A stretch of 64,000 bases of DNA from an uncultured Candidatus Saccharibacteria bacterium (GCA_964520295.1 CAZFMQ010000001.1:7048-71047), one strand, 5' to 3'; shown: positions 39,183-49,241, counted from the stretch's first letter. Translations and numbers: made by a program. Notes: generated by a model not told the origin, from the sequence alone.

Positions 39183-40009
39183 CACTTCCCATCGTCGCCT
39201 ACGTTCCCGTAATCCATCAGGGGTATCTGGAACTGTTCGCACAGTATCCGGAGTATCTCTATGTGCTAAACGAGGATGTACTCTCGCTGGTGCCGTATCT
39301 GTCGCGCGATGTGCGTGCGTGTAGACCCGAAAGTATTGTCGCGCAAGCACGCGGACTCGGTTTTTTCCGAGAGGTGCGTGTTGTGGGCAGGCAGTACCTC
39401 AAGTCGCTGAAAAAATCGGGCATGCACGTGGTGATGCCCGATGAAGACATTTCGCGCGAAGTGGCAAAGCGCTTCTCGCTTGAGGCACAGGTGCAGTTTG
39501 CAAGTGTGTTTCTGCGATACGACAGTACCGTGGTTGCAAAAGCATCTGTACCTAATCCGCATCACACGATCACGCAGGAACGCGCGCACGCCGATTTTAT
39601 GAAGCGTGCGCGCGCAGAGACGAAGCGGAGTCCTGACTGGTGGCGGCAAGTCGGTGCGGTTGCAGTGTGCAAGGACAGAACTGTGCTGTCTGCGCACAAC
39701 GAGCACTTTCCGGCACAGCAAACAGCGTACATCATGGGTGATCCGCGTACGCCGTTTGCTCCCGGAGAACGCACCGATATCTCTCTTGCAGGACACGCAG
39801 AACGAATGCTTATTGGTTCTGCGGCTCGACGAGGGATTTCGTTGCATGGTGCTGACCTGTACGTTACTACCTTTCCGTGCCCGGCATGTGCGATTCAAAT
39901 CGCCGCCACCGGATTCTCTCGGGTGTTCTACGAGGAGGGTTACTCGCTTGCGCAAGGAGATGAAATTCTCCGAGAGCACGGAGTAACGCTGACTCGGGTT
40001 GTTCTTTAG
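39179..40009 (+). CDS. Fusion protein: unknown N-terminal domain (~130 aa) plus a C-terminal dCMP/CMP deaminase zinc-binding domain
   Basis: GHAERMLI…LYVTTFPCPACAIQIA (H-A-E…P-C-x-x-C). Confidence 0.65.
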   Translation: MTLPIVAYVPVIHQGYLELFAQYPEYLYVLNEDVLSLVPYLSRDVRACRPESIVAQARGLGFFREVRVVGRQYLKSLKKSGMHVVMPDEDISREVAKRFSLEAQVQFASVFLRYDSTVVAKASVPNPHHTITQERAHADFMKRARAETKRSPDWWRQVGAVAVCKDRTVLSAHNEHFPAQQTAYIMGDPRTPFAPGERTDISLAGHAERMLIGSAARRGISLHGADLYVTTFPCPACAIQIAATGFSRVFYEEGYSLAQGDEILREHGVTLTRVVL

Positions 40010-40065
40010 AAAAAGCCCCCAACCGTGCGAACGGTTGGGGGCGTATTTTTTACAGAGACATACTG

Positions 40066-40536
40066 CTAGTCGTTGCCGATGGCTTTGCCACCGTACGAGC
40101 CAAGCCACAAGCTAATGCGCTTGGCCTGACCAGCGGCATGGTGGGGCGGCACGATGAGGTGCCCATGCAGATGCTGCACGGTGGATCCAGAGTATCCGGA
40201 TTCACCGAAGCGCATCAACAGTCCGCCACCGGGGATGTTGTATTCCGTGCATGCCCAGTGCATCAGCACACCAAATCCCGTCCACTCGTCGTCCACGAGT
40301 TCGGCGGGGGAAATGATGTGTCGCTTGGCGATGCAGAGCAAGTGCAACTGGCTCTGCTGGTATGGCCACTGGTTCTCGGTGAGCACCCAGTGGTCGTTTT
40401 CATACAGCACCGGTCGCGCATGGAACCGCAAAAGATGTTCGGGACAGAATGGACAGACCTTGTCTGCCACAATGTCCTCCATCACCTTGCGTTGTTCGTC
40501 CTCCCGCGCGTGTTCCAGGTTCACGTACTTGGTCAT
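40066..40536 (-). CDS. HIT-superfamily (histidine triad) protein with an N-terminal CxxC…H motif
   Basis: VQHLHGHLIV (HxHxHxx); CPFCPEH; SD GAGGAGGGG. Confidence 0.6.
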   Translation of the reverse strand: MTKYVNLEHAREDEQRKVMEDIVADKVCPFCPEHLLRFHARPVLYENDHWVLTENQWPYQQSQLHLLCIAKRHIISPAELVDDEWTGFGVLMHWACTEYNIPGGGLLMRFGESGYSGSTVQHLHGHLIVPPHHAAGQAKRISLWLGSYGGKAIGND

Positions 40537-40546
40537 GAACCCCTCC

Positions 40547-41485
40547 TCATACTGGTGTCGGGATTGTCATCGCAGGATGCGGATGATACTCCGAGAGTGA
40601 GAAGTGATACGGCGTGAACGCAAACAGATCCGTCACGCTCGTGTCCAACGACATGGTGGGGAATGGGCGCGGTGCGCGGTTGAGCAGTTCCTGTACGAAT
40701 GGAATCTGTTCCTCGTAGATGTGCACGTCAGACAACATGCACACCAACTCACGCATCCGATAACCGACGGTGTGCGCCACCATCATGCCGAAGGCCATGT
40801 ATTGCACGATATTGAACACGAGCCCGACGGGCGCATCAGCACTCCGCTGGTAGTGCACGATATCCAGTTCTTCCGTTTCCGGATAGGCGTGGATGTGGAT
40901 GTCGCCATGGCACGGTGCCACGACAACCTTCCGTTCGTTCGTCGGACCGGGAACCGCATACTGCGGCGCCCAGTTGCTGATGCGTAGGGTGCGCAGGTGC
41001 GGAGCGCGCTTGAGCAACTCCACCACATTGCGCACCTGGTTGACTGATGGTCCTTCGGCGGTGGGGAAATTCGTCCACACCGAGCCGTACGAACCGGGGC
41101 CGAGATCACCTTCGGGAAGTCCGAACACGTCGCACTTCTCCTTGGTAACCCAGCGCTTCCACCACGGGCACCCCCACGCCTTGAGTTCTTCGTGCGTGTG
41201 GGCGCCATGCAGGAAGCCGATGTGTTCGGCGAGCGCACCATGCAACAGGTTGCCGCCGAGATCGCGTTCGGTCATGAGTGGGAATCCGTTTGAGAGCGGA
41301 TACCGCAACACTTCACCGACCAGCTTCAGCGCGGACTTTCCCTGAATGGGATAGACCGTCTGCCCGCTGGACAAAATACTGTCCAACAGGTCGTGGTACT
41401 GCCAATCTGCCTTTCTTTCCATGATATGTCTCCTGTAAAGGTACGGTTCTGGTGGCACTATACGTGTGTGACGTGCGTGCGTCAA
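40547..41485 (-). CDS. Diverged thymidylate synthase (ThyA)-family enzyme
   Basis: EGDLGPGSYGSVW (ThyA has GDLGPVYG.QW); VVAPCHGD (PPCH, catalytic Cys); VHYQRSADAPVGLVFNIVQY (YQRS.D…PFNI.SY); SDVHIY (GD.HIY); RAPRPFPT (REPRP.P); YHPHP. The dUMP-binding DRTGTGT block is replaced by PIQGKSALKL. Confidence 0.75.
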   Translation of the reverse strand: MTHARHTRIVPPEPYLYRRHIMERKADWQYHDLLDSILSSGQTVYPIQGKSALKLVGEVLRYPLSNGFPLMTERDLGGNLLHGALAEHIGFLHGAHTHEELKAWGCPWWKRWVTKEKCDVFGLPEGDLGPGSYGSVWTNFPTAEGPSVNQVRNVVELLKRAPHLRTLRISNWAPQYAVPGPTNERKVVVAPCHGDIHIHAYPETEELDIVHYQRSADAPVGLVFNIVQYMAFGMMVAHTVGYRMRELVCMLSDVHIYEEQIPFVQELLNRAPRPFPTMSLDTSVTDLFAFTPYHFSLSEYHPHPAMTIPTPV

Positions 41486-41523
41486 TCAATGCGCTCTGGG
41501 CATTTTTTGTGTAGGATGGGGAT

Positions 41524-43209
41524 GTGAATACAAGCAAGCAAGTTCTCATAGAGGCGGTACAGGCAGTGTGCGTAGAGCTCGGCTATCCCGAGGTGTCGTT
41601 TGTGATTGAGCGACCTGCCGATATGCAACATGGCGATTGGGCGTGCAACGTGGCACTGCTCCTTGCAAAGCATGTTGGTAAAAAGCCACGAGACATTGCC
41701 GAGACAATTGCAGGGGCATTGCGTGCTCGTTCGCTTCCACACATCGCGTCTATTGAAATCGCGGGCGCAGGTTTCATCAATGTGCGTTGCACACCTGCAT
41801 ATTTCAAAGAAGCACTCGCACGCACGCTCGCCAATACCACAGACATGACGAACCCTGCATTCGCGGGAAAAACAGTGATGGTGGAATACACACAACCAAA
41901 TCCATTCAAACCATTTCACATCGGACACTTGATGAGCAATACCATCGGCGAGACGATTGCGCGTGCGTATGCTGATGCGGGTGCAACAGTTATACGTGCA
42001 AACTATCAAGGTGATGTTGGTTTGCACGTTGCAAAAGCACTGTGGGGCATGATGCAAAAAAATGTAGATCCATCAGATATTGCAGGTATCGGTACGGCGT
42101 ACGCATATGGGCATGAGCAGTATGAGACCAATGAAACTGCGAAAGCAGAAATCATTGCACTGAACAAAAAAGTGTACGCGCGCGACGAAAGCATTATGGA
42201 TACGTACACCGCAGGGCGCACCGAGACGCTACAGGCATTTGAAAAAATTTACGCACTGCTTGGCACCACCTTTGACGAATACTTTTTTGAAAGCGAGGTG
42301 TGGGAGCAGGGTATGACACTCGTGCACGAGGGAGTGGAGAAGGGCATTTTTGAAAAGAGTGATGGCGCCATTGTGTTTCCGGGGGAGAAATATGGATTGC
42401 ACACACGTGTCTTCATTACACGCGAGGGTATTCCAACGTATGAAGCAAAAGAATTAGGGTTGTGTTTGGAAAAAACACAACGTCGCACCTTTGATGTTTC
42501 AGTGACCATCACCGCTGTGGAGCAAGAGCAGTACTTCAATGTGGTGTTCAAAGCATTTGAAGTGTTGCGTCCAGAGTTTGTAGGGAAGTTTCTACACGCG
42601 CACCACGGCATGATGGTGTTGCCATCAGGGAAAATGGGTTCGCGCAAAGGCAATGTCATCACCGGTGAATCACTTATTGATGACATGATTGCGCGTGCAA
42701 AAGAAAAAGTATCGGAGCGCGGCGTGTCTGATGCCGAGCAGATTGCACAGGATGTCGCTGTCGGTGCCATTAAGTACATGGTGCTCAAACAAGGTTTGGG
42801 TAAAAACATCACGTTTGATATTGAGAAGTCACTTTCATTTGAAGGAGACTCAGGACCATATCTGCAGTACACGTACACACGCGCCAATGCGGTATTGGAA
42901 AAAGCGCGTGACAACGGTATTGTACCTGCGCTCAATGAACAAACAGAAACGACTGATGTAGTGCGTCTCTGCGAGCGTTTTGCCGAAGTAGTGCGTGGTG
43001 CGCTTGAAAAACAGTACGCACCGAATGATCTCGTGCACTACCTCATTGCAGTGGCGTCGGCATTCAATAGTTGGTACGCACAAGAAAAAATCGTAGACAC
43101 CGACAATATGGATGTCTCTGCACACCGCACGGCGGTTACACAGGCGGTGGCATCCATCCTCTCGCACGGCCTGTCTCTGCTTGGCATCCCAACACCATCA
43201 AGAATGTAA
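41524..43209 (+). CDS. argS: Arginine--tRNA ligase
   Basis: HIGH-class I (PFHIGHLMSN); DALR anticodon-binding C-terminus. Confidence 0.85.
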   Translation: MNTSKQVLIEAVQAVCVELGYPEVSFVIERPADMQHGDWACNVALLLAKHVGKKPRDIAETIAGALRARSLPHIASIEIAGAGFINVRCTPAYFKEALARTLANTTDMTNPAFAGKTVMVEYTQPNPFKPFHIGHLMSNTIGETIARAYADAGATVIRANYQGDVGLHVAKALWGMMQKNVDPSDIAGIGTAYAYGHEQYETNETAKAEIIALNKKVYARDESIMDTYTAGRTETLQAFEKIYALLGTTFDEYFFESEVWEQGMTLVHEGVEKGIFEKSDGAIVFPGEKYGLHTRVFITREGIPTYEAKELGLCLEKTQRRTFDVSVTITAVEQEQYFNVVFKAFEVLRPEFVGKFLHAHHGMMVLPSGKMGSRKGNVITGESLIDDMIARAKEKVSERGVSDAEQIAQDVAVGAIKYMVLKQGLGKNITFDIEKSLSFEGDSGPYLQYTYTRANAVLEKARDNGIVPALNEQTETTDVVRLCERFAEVVRGALEKQYAPNDLVHYLIAVASAFNSWYAQEKIVDTDNMDVSAHRTAVTQAVASILSHGLSLLGIPTPSRM

Positions 43210-43255
43210 TATCCACACAGAAAGCGCCCGCGTATGCTGTATACTGCTGATATCT

Positions 43256-43675
43256 ATGGAGATGGACGCAACACCACGCAGAATGACAGAGGCGCCTTCA
43301 CGACGCGGGCGCGGCATCAAAAAAGTATTCTTTTTCCTCGTATTATGCGCACTTCTTGTCGCAGGTATCTGGTACTGGCTTTCATTGCCCGCAACTGGTT
43401 CATCTGAAGCAACTGCACGTCAAACAGAAAGTGCAGTAGAGCGTGTGTCTAAGGTGATGGTGTTACCACAGGACGAACAACCTGCAATCGGCACAATTAT
43501 TGATCCGTATAAATTCCAAGGAGGGGTATTTTTTGACGTAGTACAAATGGGGGATCTTGTGCTCATGTATCCCGAGCGCGGTATGCTCATTGTGTACAGT
43601 GCCGCACATAAAAAAATTGTAGGTGTTGCACCATTTGTCATGAATACACCGCCAGGCATCTCGGTTACCGAGTAA
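43256..43675 (+). CDS. Hypothetical membrane-anchored protein
   Basis: TM VFFFLVLCALLVAGIWYWL; short extracytoplasmic domain; ends 3 nt before the next gene. Confidence 0.35.
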   Translation: MEMDATPRRMTEAPSRRGRGIKKVFFFLVLCALLVAGIWYWLSLPATGSSEATARQTESAVERVSKVMVLPQDEQPAIGTIIDPYKFQGGVFFDVVQMGDLVLMYPERGMLIVYSAAHKKIVGVAPFVMNTPPGISVTE

Positions 43676-43677
43676 TC

Positions 43678-44916
43678 TTGCTTCTCAACAGGGTATGTAG
43701 CGAGTTTGCATACGTATTTTACAATAGAGTTACTGTGATCCCGCTGTCGTTATATTATTTGAAGATAGCATCTCTATCTGTTGCCATTGTGCTCGTGGCG
43801 ATAGCAATTTCTCCATTCATCATTCACAGTCAGGAGGGAGCAGAATCAGCAGAAGATTTTGTAGAAGAAGTGTCAGAAGAAATTGTTGAGGATGAAGTAC
43901 AGGAGGTACCAGCAGAACCAGAATCAGAGCCAGTTCCGGAAGAGCCCGAAGAAGAGCACACAGAGGAAGCCACCGATACAGAAGAGGTGGTTATTACTGA
44001 TGTCGGCAACGAAGCAACTACGACAGATGGTACAGAAGTGCTACACATTCCTTTTCCACAGGAGGAAGCAACCACAACTGCTTCAAGTAGTACTGAAACA
44101 TCAGAGAGCGCAACAAGCACCGCCTCCTCCACCGCATCAGACGTTGCAACAAGCACCGCATCTTCCACCGAATCAGACGTTGCGACGAGCACCGCGTCTT
44201 CATCAGAAACATTTTCAGAAGATCCATTTGCAACGTCAGTGGAATTGACGCCATTGACGGAAGCAGAAATAGCAACACCTGAAATACAACAAGACCTTGC
44301 ACAACTTGAAATATTTACAACGACCACCGACGCACTGCCAACAGATGATGCCACCACCACTGCGTCTACCACAGGGGATGAGTATCTAGAGATTGTATTG
44401 GAAGAATTGCCGCTTGAAGAGGAGATAGTGGAAGAAGAATATGTTTTGGCGCCACCATCACCAGAACCTCCACCACTGTATGAATCGCCATGGCAACGAT
44501 ATCTCAATAAGGTATTTGCGCTTGATGATGAGGCACGGCATACATGCACGTTTGAAAGTGATGTAAATCTTACTGAAGGTGGCACACAAGACGTAACGCT
44601 ATTGTTATCTAATCGAAACGGCTCTATGGGTGAGCTAGAAGTAGGGAATACACCTAATGGTGTGAGTGTGTTATTCAATGGTGAAGATAGTTATGTACAA
44701 TTTTGGTCAGCGGGACCAGAGACGCGATTGAGTATAGAAGTAAAACGTACGCTGTGGGCACAAGAGGGAATGTTCAATGTCCCTGTATTTTATACGAAAG
44801 GTTCATCTACCACTGTATGTCAGCTTATTATTATCAATGGTGTGTATCCGCAATCAGAGAGCGCCACGCAAGAGGTTCTTATTACCGATAGTGTCTCTGA
44901 AACGAAAGGAGAGTAG
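43678..44916 (+). CDS. Secreted/anchored surface protein: N-terminal TM, long acidic S/T-rich low-complexity stalk, C-terminal ~130-aa beta-rich domain
   Basis: TM IASLSVAIVLVAIAISPFII; EE/PE-rich; ATSTASSTASDV-type repeats; folded C-terminal domain. Confidence 0.45.
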   Translation: MLLNRVCSEFAYVFYNRVTVIPLSLYYLKIASLSVAIVLVAIAISPFIIHSQEGAESAEDFVEEVSEEIVEDEVQEVPAEPESEPVPEEPEEEHTEEATDTEEVVITDVGNEATTTDGTEVLHIPFPQEEATTTASSSTETSESATSTASSTASDVATSTASSTESDVATSTASSSETFSEDPFATSVELTPLTEAEIATPEIQQDLAQLEIFTTTTDALPTDDATTTASTTGDEYLEIVLEELPLEEEIVEEEYVLAPPSPEPPPLYESPWQRYLNKVFALDDEARHTCTFESDVNLTEGGTQDVTLLLSNRNGSMGELEVGNTPNGVSVLFNGEDSYVQFWSAGPETRLSIEVKRTLWAQEGMFNVPVFYTKGSSTTVCQLIIINGVYPQSESATQEVLITDSVSETKGE

Positions 44917-44922
44917 TACGAT

Positions 44923-47900
44923 ATGCAGTATAAGCGCATCATACAAAATAGTATGTTTATTGTGTACAGTGCGGTACTGGTATTTTTTGCGCTACCTGCA
45001 ATGGCCGCAACGTTTACGATGCAGACGGGATATTACGTAGGTGATGGTACAGATAATCGCGTTATCTCAGGACTTGGCATAACACCGAATGTGGTGTTTG
45101 TGAAAGATGATACCAATAATGGAGACGACGGTATTATTATGCGCACCAGTGCAATGGCCGGTGATTCATCTGCTAAACTGGCCGAAGCAGAAGCCAATGC
45201 CGCCGATCTCGTACAAGCACTTGCGTCAGGACAATTCACCATCGGTGCTGAGGCAGACATCAATGCAGTAGATCAAATGTATTACTGGACTGCGTTCGGT
45301 GGCAGTGATTGTACATCCACGGGTACGTTGTGTGTGGGTTCATATTTGGGCAGTGGTGATCTTTCACGCAATGTGAACGTGGGGTTTGCGCCCGATTTGG
45401 TGATTGTCAAACGAGCGGGCGCAACAGCAGGTGTGTGGACTTCATCGGCAATGCCCGCCAATACTACCGCTTTTTTCCATGGTGCCGCATCAAGTGCCGG
45501 TATCATCACGGCATTGGGTGCTACTCATTTTACAGTCAGTGCAAACGCAGCTGTTAATACTTTGGACAGTACATATTACTTTGTTGCATTCAAACAGGTT
45601 AGTGGCGCTATGGATGTGGGCACGTATACAGGGAACGGTAACGACAACAGAAATATAACATCATCTGATGACGCAGGGCTGACTTTTCAGCCGGACTTTG
45701 TGTGGGTCAAATCTTCAGCTGCTACTATAGCAGTACTTTCACAAACTGAACATTATGGTGATCGTACATACACAGCAGGAGACATATCATCTTTGTCAAA
45801 CAGCATACAAGAGTTACGTTCTGCTGGCGGTTTTCAGGTAGGAAATGAAACAACATATAACTCAGTTAATACAACAGGGAATACCTACTATTACGCGGCA
45901 TTCAACGGTGCGGTTGCAAAAAATCCTGCAAGCGAAACCTATACCATGAAATCCGGCTCATATACAGGTACCGGTTCGGGATTTTCTATTGGAGGTATTC
46001 CCTTTACACCCGACTTGGTCATTATTAAACACAATAATCAAGCAACTGATCAATACGCTGTTTTTCGTACAAGTCAGATGGGGGGCGATAACACATTGCA
46101 GTTTGCTACAGCAGCTTCTTTTACGGGTGGCATTACCTCATTGAATGCTAGTGGTTTCTCCGTTGGGACGGATGCTCGTGTTAATACTTCTGGTGATACA
46201 TACTACTGGACTGCATTTGGCAATGCCACGCGTCCTGACAAATCCGGTGGTGCAAATAATTTTGCAGTTGGTGCGTATATAGGCACGGGTGTAGATGGTT
46301 CTTCCGTAACGCGTCTCCCCATCGGTCCTGATTTATTGGTGGTAAAGCGCAGTGATAGTACAAACAATGGTGTATGGAGAACCAGTTCAGTGGCGGGTGA
46401 TTCATCTTTGTTTTTTCACAATGCAGCATCTGCGGCAAACTATATTCAGGCACTGACAAGTGATGGTTTTGAGCGCGGAAATAATGGATCAGTCAATACT
46501 GGTAGCGGTCGTTACAGTTATTTTGCATTTGCAGAGGGTGATGATTTTGTGCAGAACTCGTATACAGGTAATGGCAGTACGCAAAATATTGCTGCATACA
46601 ATTGGCAACCAGATATGGTATGGACGAAGAAAGGGACGGGAGGTACTGCGCGTGGTGGGTTATTACGTACGTCTGTAGTGAGTGGTGATGCATCATGGCC
46701 ATTTCTCAATCAAGCAACCCTTTCTAATGGTTTTACTAACCTACTCTCTGACGGTTTTTCATTAGGTTCATCGGTGGATGCCAATGAAAGCGGGTACACC
46801 TACTATTACGCGGTATGGGATGGTAAGAAGTATGGTCAATCAGGATTTCGTTTTTTTGAAAATACAGATAGCACAAGCGTGGGTACACCTCTTGCAAATG
46901 CAAATACGTCTGCAACACTGGGTGCTGTCGGTGATACATTTCGTCTTCGTATGTTGATGCACCTGACGGGAGGTAATTTATTACAAGGTAATGGTGGGTT
47001 CATATTGCAATACGCACAACCAAGCCCTTTTGATACTACTTGTAGTGGTCTGATGACATGGAATGACGTAGATACAGACACGGCAATTGCATTTTATGAT
47101 AACCCTAGTGCCACGGATGGTGCCGCACTGACAGCAACGAGTACTGATCCAACAAATGGTCTCTACACCATCGTCAATCAGAATTATCTAGAATCTCAAG
47201 GAAGTGGTTTTACCAATGGTATTGCTACCATCGCAGATATCCAAGATGGTAAATGGGATTTTTCGCTCGTGGACTACAGTGCTTCCGCCAAAACCACATA
47301 TTGTTTTCGTATGCGTCGCGCCGACACAGTATTATTTGAAGATTACACGGTACCGGCGGTGCGTATCACCACAGGAGCAACAGGAAGCCATGTGCCAACT
47401 GTCTCTAATGTATCTATTGATGAAGGGGCTCCGTCCATTACCTTGACTGAAGGTACGACCAAAAATGTGCAATGTACCGCAACAGCTACCGATACTGATG
47501 GGTATAGTGATATTACTGCTGTGACGGCGCACTTACACCAATCGTCAATCGATGTGAGTGCGCCCGCCGATGATAATCATCACTACATTGTTTCGGGCGA
47601 TTCGCAATGTGTACCGTCAAGTGGGTCAGGCAATTCCGAGGAATACACATGTACATTTGCGGTACAGTATTTTGCCAATCCAACGGATGCAGGTTCACCG
47701 AACGTGTTGGATGAGTGGGTGTGTTCTGTGTTTGCGTATGACGGTACATCCACCAGTACGGTGGCGACAGATACCACAGAGATAGATTCATTGATTGCGC
47801 TATCTGTTGATCCAGAAAGTATTGATTATAGTGAGGGTGGCCCACTGCTTCCTGAAGATATCTATGTACTTGTAAATAAAATGGATGTAGTCAACACAGG

Positions 47901-48183
47901 TAATCGGGACATTGACCCGCAGATTTCAGGCACACTTATGACAGGTGATGTACATAGTGGCACAATCGCGGTAGGGGAGCAGAAGTATGAAAATTTTGCT
48001 TTCGACTATGCCACTGAGGGCATCACACTGACGACCACGCCCACAACGATGGATTTGGCACTTCCACAGCGCACGGGTGGGGTAGTGTCAGATATACTCC
48101 ATTGGGGTATTCAAATTCCTTTGGGGACAATACCCGACACATACACAGGTGTAAATACACTGACTGCAGTGCCGGCGATATAA
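44923..48183 (+). CDS. Giant secreted protein (1086 aa): signal peptide, six tandem ~105-aa repeats, CARDB-like Ig domain, C-terminal LPQRT…WGI module
   Basis: Signal peptide VLVFFALPAMAA. Repeats share Y.G.G…F.PD.V.VK…W(R)TS.M.GD.S…GF.VG…VN…YY(Y/W).AF. C-terminus reads …VNKMDVVNTGNRDIDPQISGT…DLALPQRTGGVVSDILHWGIQIPLG. Confidence 0.6.
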   Translation: MQYKRIIQNSMFIVYSAVLVFFALPAMAATFTMQTGYYVGDGTDNRVISGLGITPNVVFVKDDTNNGDDGIIMRTSAMAGDSSAKLAEAEANAADLVQALASGQFTIGAEADINAVDQMYYWTAFGGSDCTSTGTLCVGSYLGSGDLSRNVNVGFAPDLVIVKRAGATAGVWTSSAMPANTTAFFHGAASSAGIITALGATHFTVSANAAVNTLDSTYYFVAFKQVSGAMDVGTYTGNGNDNRNITSSDDAGLTFQPDFVWVKSSAATIAVLSQTEHYGDRTYTAGDISSLSNSIQELRSAGGFQVGNETTYNSVNTTGNTYYYAAFNGAVAKNPASETYTMKSGSYTGTGSGFSIGGIPFTPDLVIIKHNNQATDQYAVFRTSQMGGDNTLQFATAASFTGGITSLNASGFSVGTDARVNTSGDTYYWTAFGNATRPDKSGGANNFAVGAYIGTGVDGSSVTRLPIGPDLLVVKRSDSTNNGVWRTSSVAGDSSLFFHNAASAANYIQALTSDGFERGNNGSVNTGSGRYSYFAFAEGDDFVQNSYTGNGSTQNIAAYNWQPDMVWTKKGTGGTARGGLLRTSVVSGDASWPFLNQATLSNGFTNLLSDGFSLGSSVDANESGYTYYYAVWDGKKYGQSGFRFFENTDSTSVGTPLANANTSATLGAVGDTFRLRMLMHLTGGNLLQGNGGFILQYAQPSPFDTTCSGLMTWNDVDTDTAIAFYDNPSATDGAALTATSTDPTNGLYTIVNQNYLESQGSGFTNGIATIADIQDGKWDFSLVDYSASAKTTYCFRMRRADTVLFEDYTVPAVRITTGATGSHVPTVSNVSIDEGAPSITLTEGTTKNVQCTATATDTDGYSDITAVTAHLHQSSIDVSAPADDNHHYIVSGDSQCVPSSGSGNSEEYTCTFAVQYFANPTDAGSPNVLDEWVCSVFAYDGTSTSTVATDTTEIDSLIALSVDPESIDYSEGGPLLPEDIYVLVNKMDVVNTGNRDIDPQISGTLMTGDVHSGTIAVGEQKYENFAFDYATEGITLTTTPTTMDLALPQRTGGVVSDILHWGIQIPLGTIPDTYTGVNTLTAVPAI

Positions 48184-48331
48184 TAACGCTACATAGCACG
48201 AGCAGTATTGTTGCCCTCTCATTATCCACAGCAGTACAACACGAGAAAACGGCATTTGCTATACTTTGCGTATGTCCAGTCCATGCTGATAGCGCGCTGG
48301 CCGTACTCTTATTCTGTTTCATAATCACCCC

Positions 48332-49216
48332 ATGAAAAAGACAGGGCTCATACTCGCTTCTTTGTTGCTCTCTACAGCATTTATTGTGTTTGCGGATGAT
48401 GTATCCACACAAGTGACTGTAGGTAACGCAACGCCATCAGCAACCAACCCCACGTTCAATGGGGGAGGTGCCATTACGCTTACTGAAAACACCACAACGA
48501 CGGTGTACGCTACCACCACAGTCACTGATACAAACGGGTGCGAAACAATTGTAGGAGTAACCATGGATTTTTATCGATCAGGTGTTGGCACGACATCATG
48601 TGACACCATTGGTGAAGCAGATGAAAACTATTGTTACCCACGTGTATCTTGTTCGGTCGCGGGCGGTTCATGTACTGGCCCTTCTGACACCAGTGCCGAT
48701 TATGTATGTTCTGTAGATTTGGAATACTATGCCGACCCTACTGACAGTGGTACATATGCTGCAGAAATCTGGAACGCAACAGTATATGCGGGTGATGGTA
48801 TTGCAACGACAACAGGTAACACGGGTACTGCTGAAGTAAACACACTTTTGGCGCTTGATGTAACAAGTTCAATCAACTACGGTACGCTCTCACCAAACAC
48901 TGATACGGGTGCTGATAATGCAACAACCACAGTGACAAATACCGGTAACGGTGCAATAGACCCAGAAGTTTCAGGTACCGACATGACTTCTGTTGGTGAC
49001 ACTATTACGGTTGGCTATCAAGAGTACGCAACCACCTCATTCACATATGGTGCGGGTACAGATCTTACTGGATCGGGTGTGCGTGCAGAAATTGATTTGC
49101 CACAACGAACTACGAGTGTGGTACAGGCACTGCTCTTGTGGGGTATCGGCATTCCCGCAGGTCAACCATCGGGTACATACACAGGTACCAACACATTTAC
49201 TGCCATTGCCGACTAG
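48332..49216 (+). CDS. Secreted 294-aa paralog of the C-terminal third of the giant protein
   Basis: Signal peptide MKKTGLILASLLLSTAFIVFADD. Aligns with 44923-48183 residues ~790-1086, including TVTNTGNGAIDPEVSGT and IDLPQRTTSVVQALLLWGIGIPAG. Confidence 0.6.
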   Translation: MKKTGLILASLLLSTAFIVFADDVSTQVTVGNATPSATNPTFNGGGAITLTENTTTTVYATTTVTDTNGCETIVGVTMDFYRSGVGTTSCDTIGEADENYCYPRVSCSVAGGSCTGPSDTSADYVCSVDLEYYADPTDSGTYAAEIWNATVYAGDGIATTTGNTGTAEVNTLLALDVTSSINYGTLSPNTDTGADNATTTVTNTGNGAIDPEVSGTDMTSVGDTITVGYQEYATTSFTYGAGTDLTGSGVRAEIDLPQRTTSVVQALLLWGIGIPAGQPSGTYTGTNTFTAIAD

Positions 49217-49241
49217 CATTACCTAAATATTTGCGACTGTC

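Noticed and set aside
47990-48100. LPQRTGG as a sortase LPxTG cell-wall sorting signal
   Set aside because: It is followed by ~30 mixed residues and has neither the hydrophobic TM segment nor the K/R tail that a sortase substrate requires. It is kept only as a conserved motif of unknown role.
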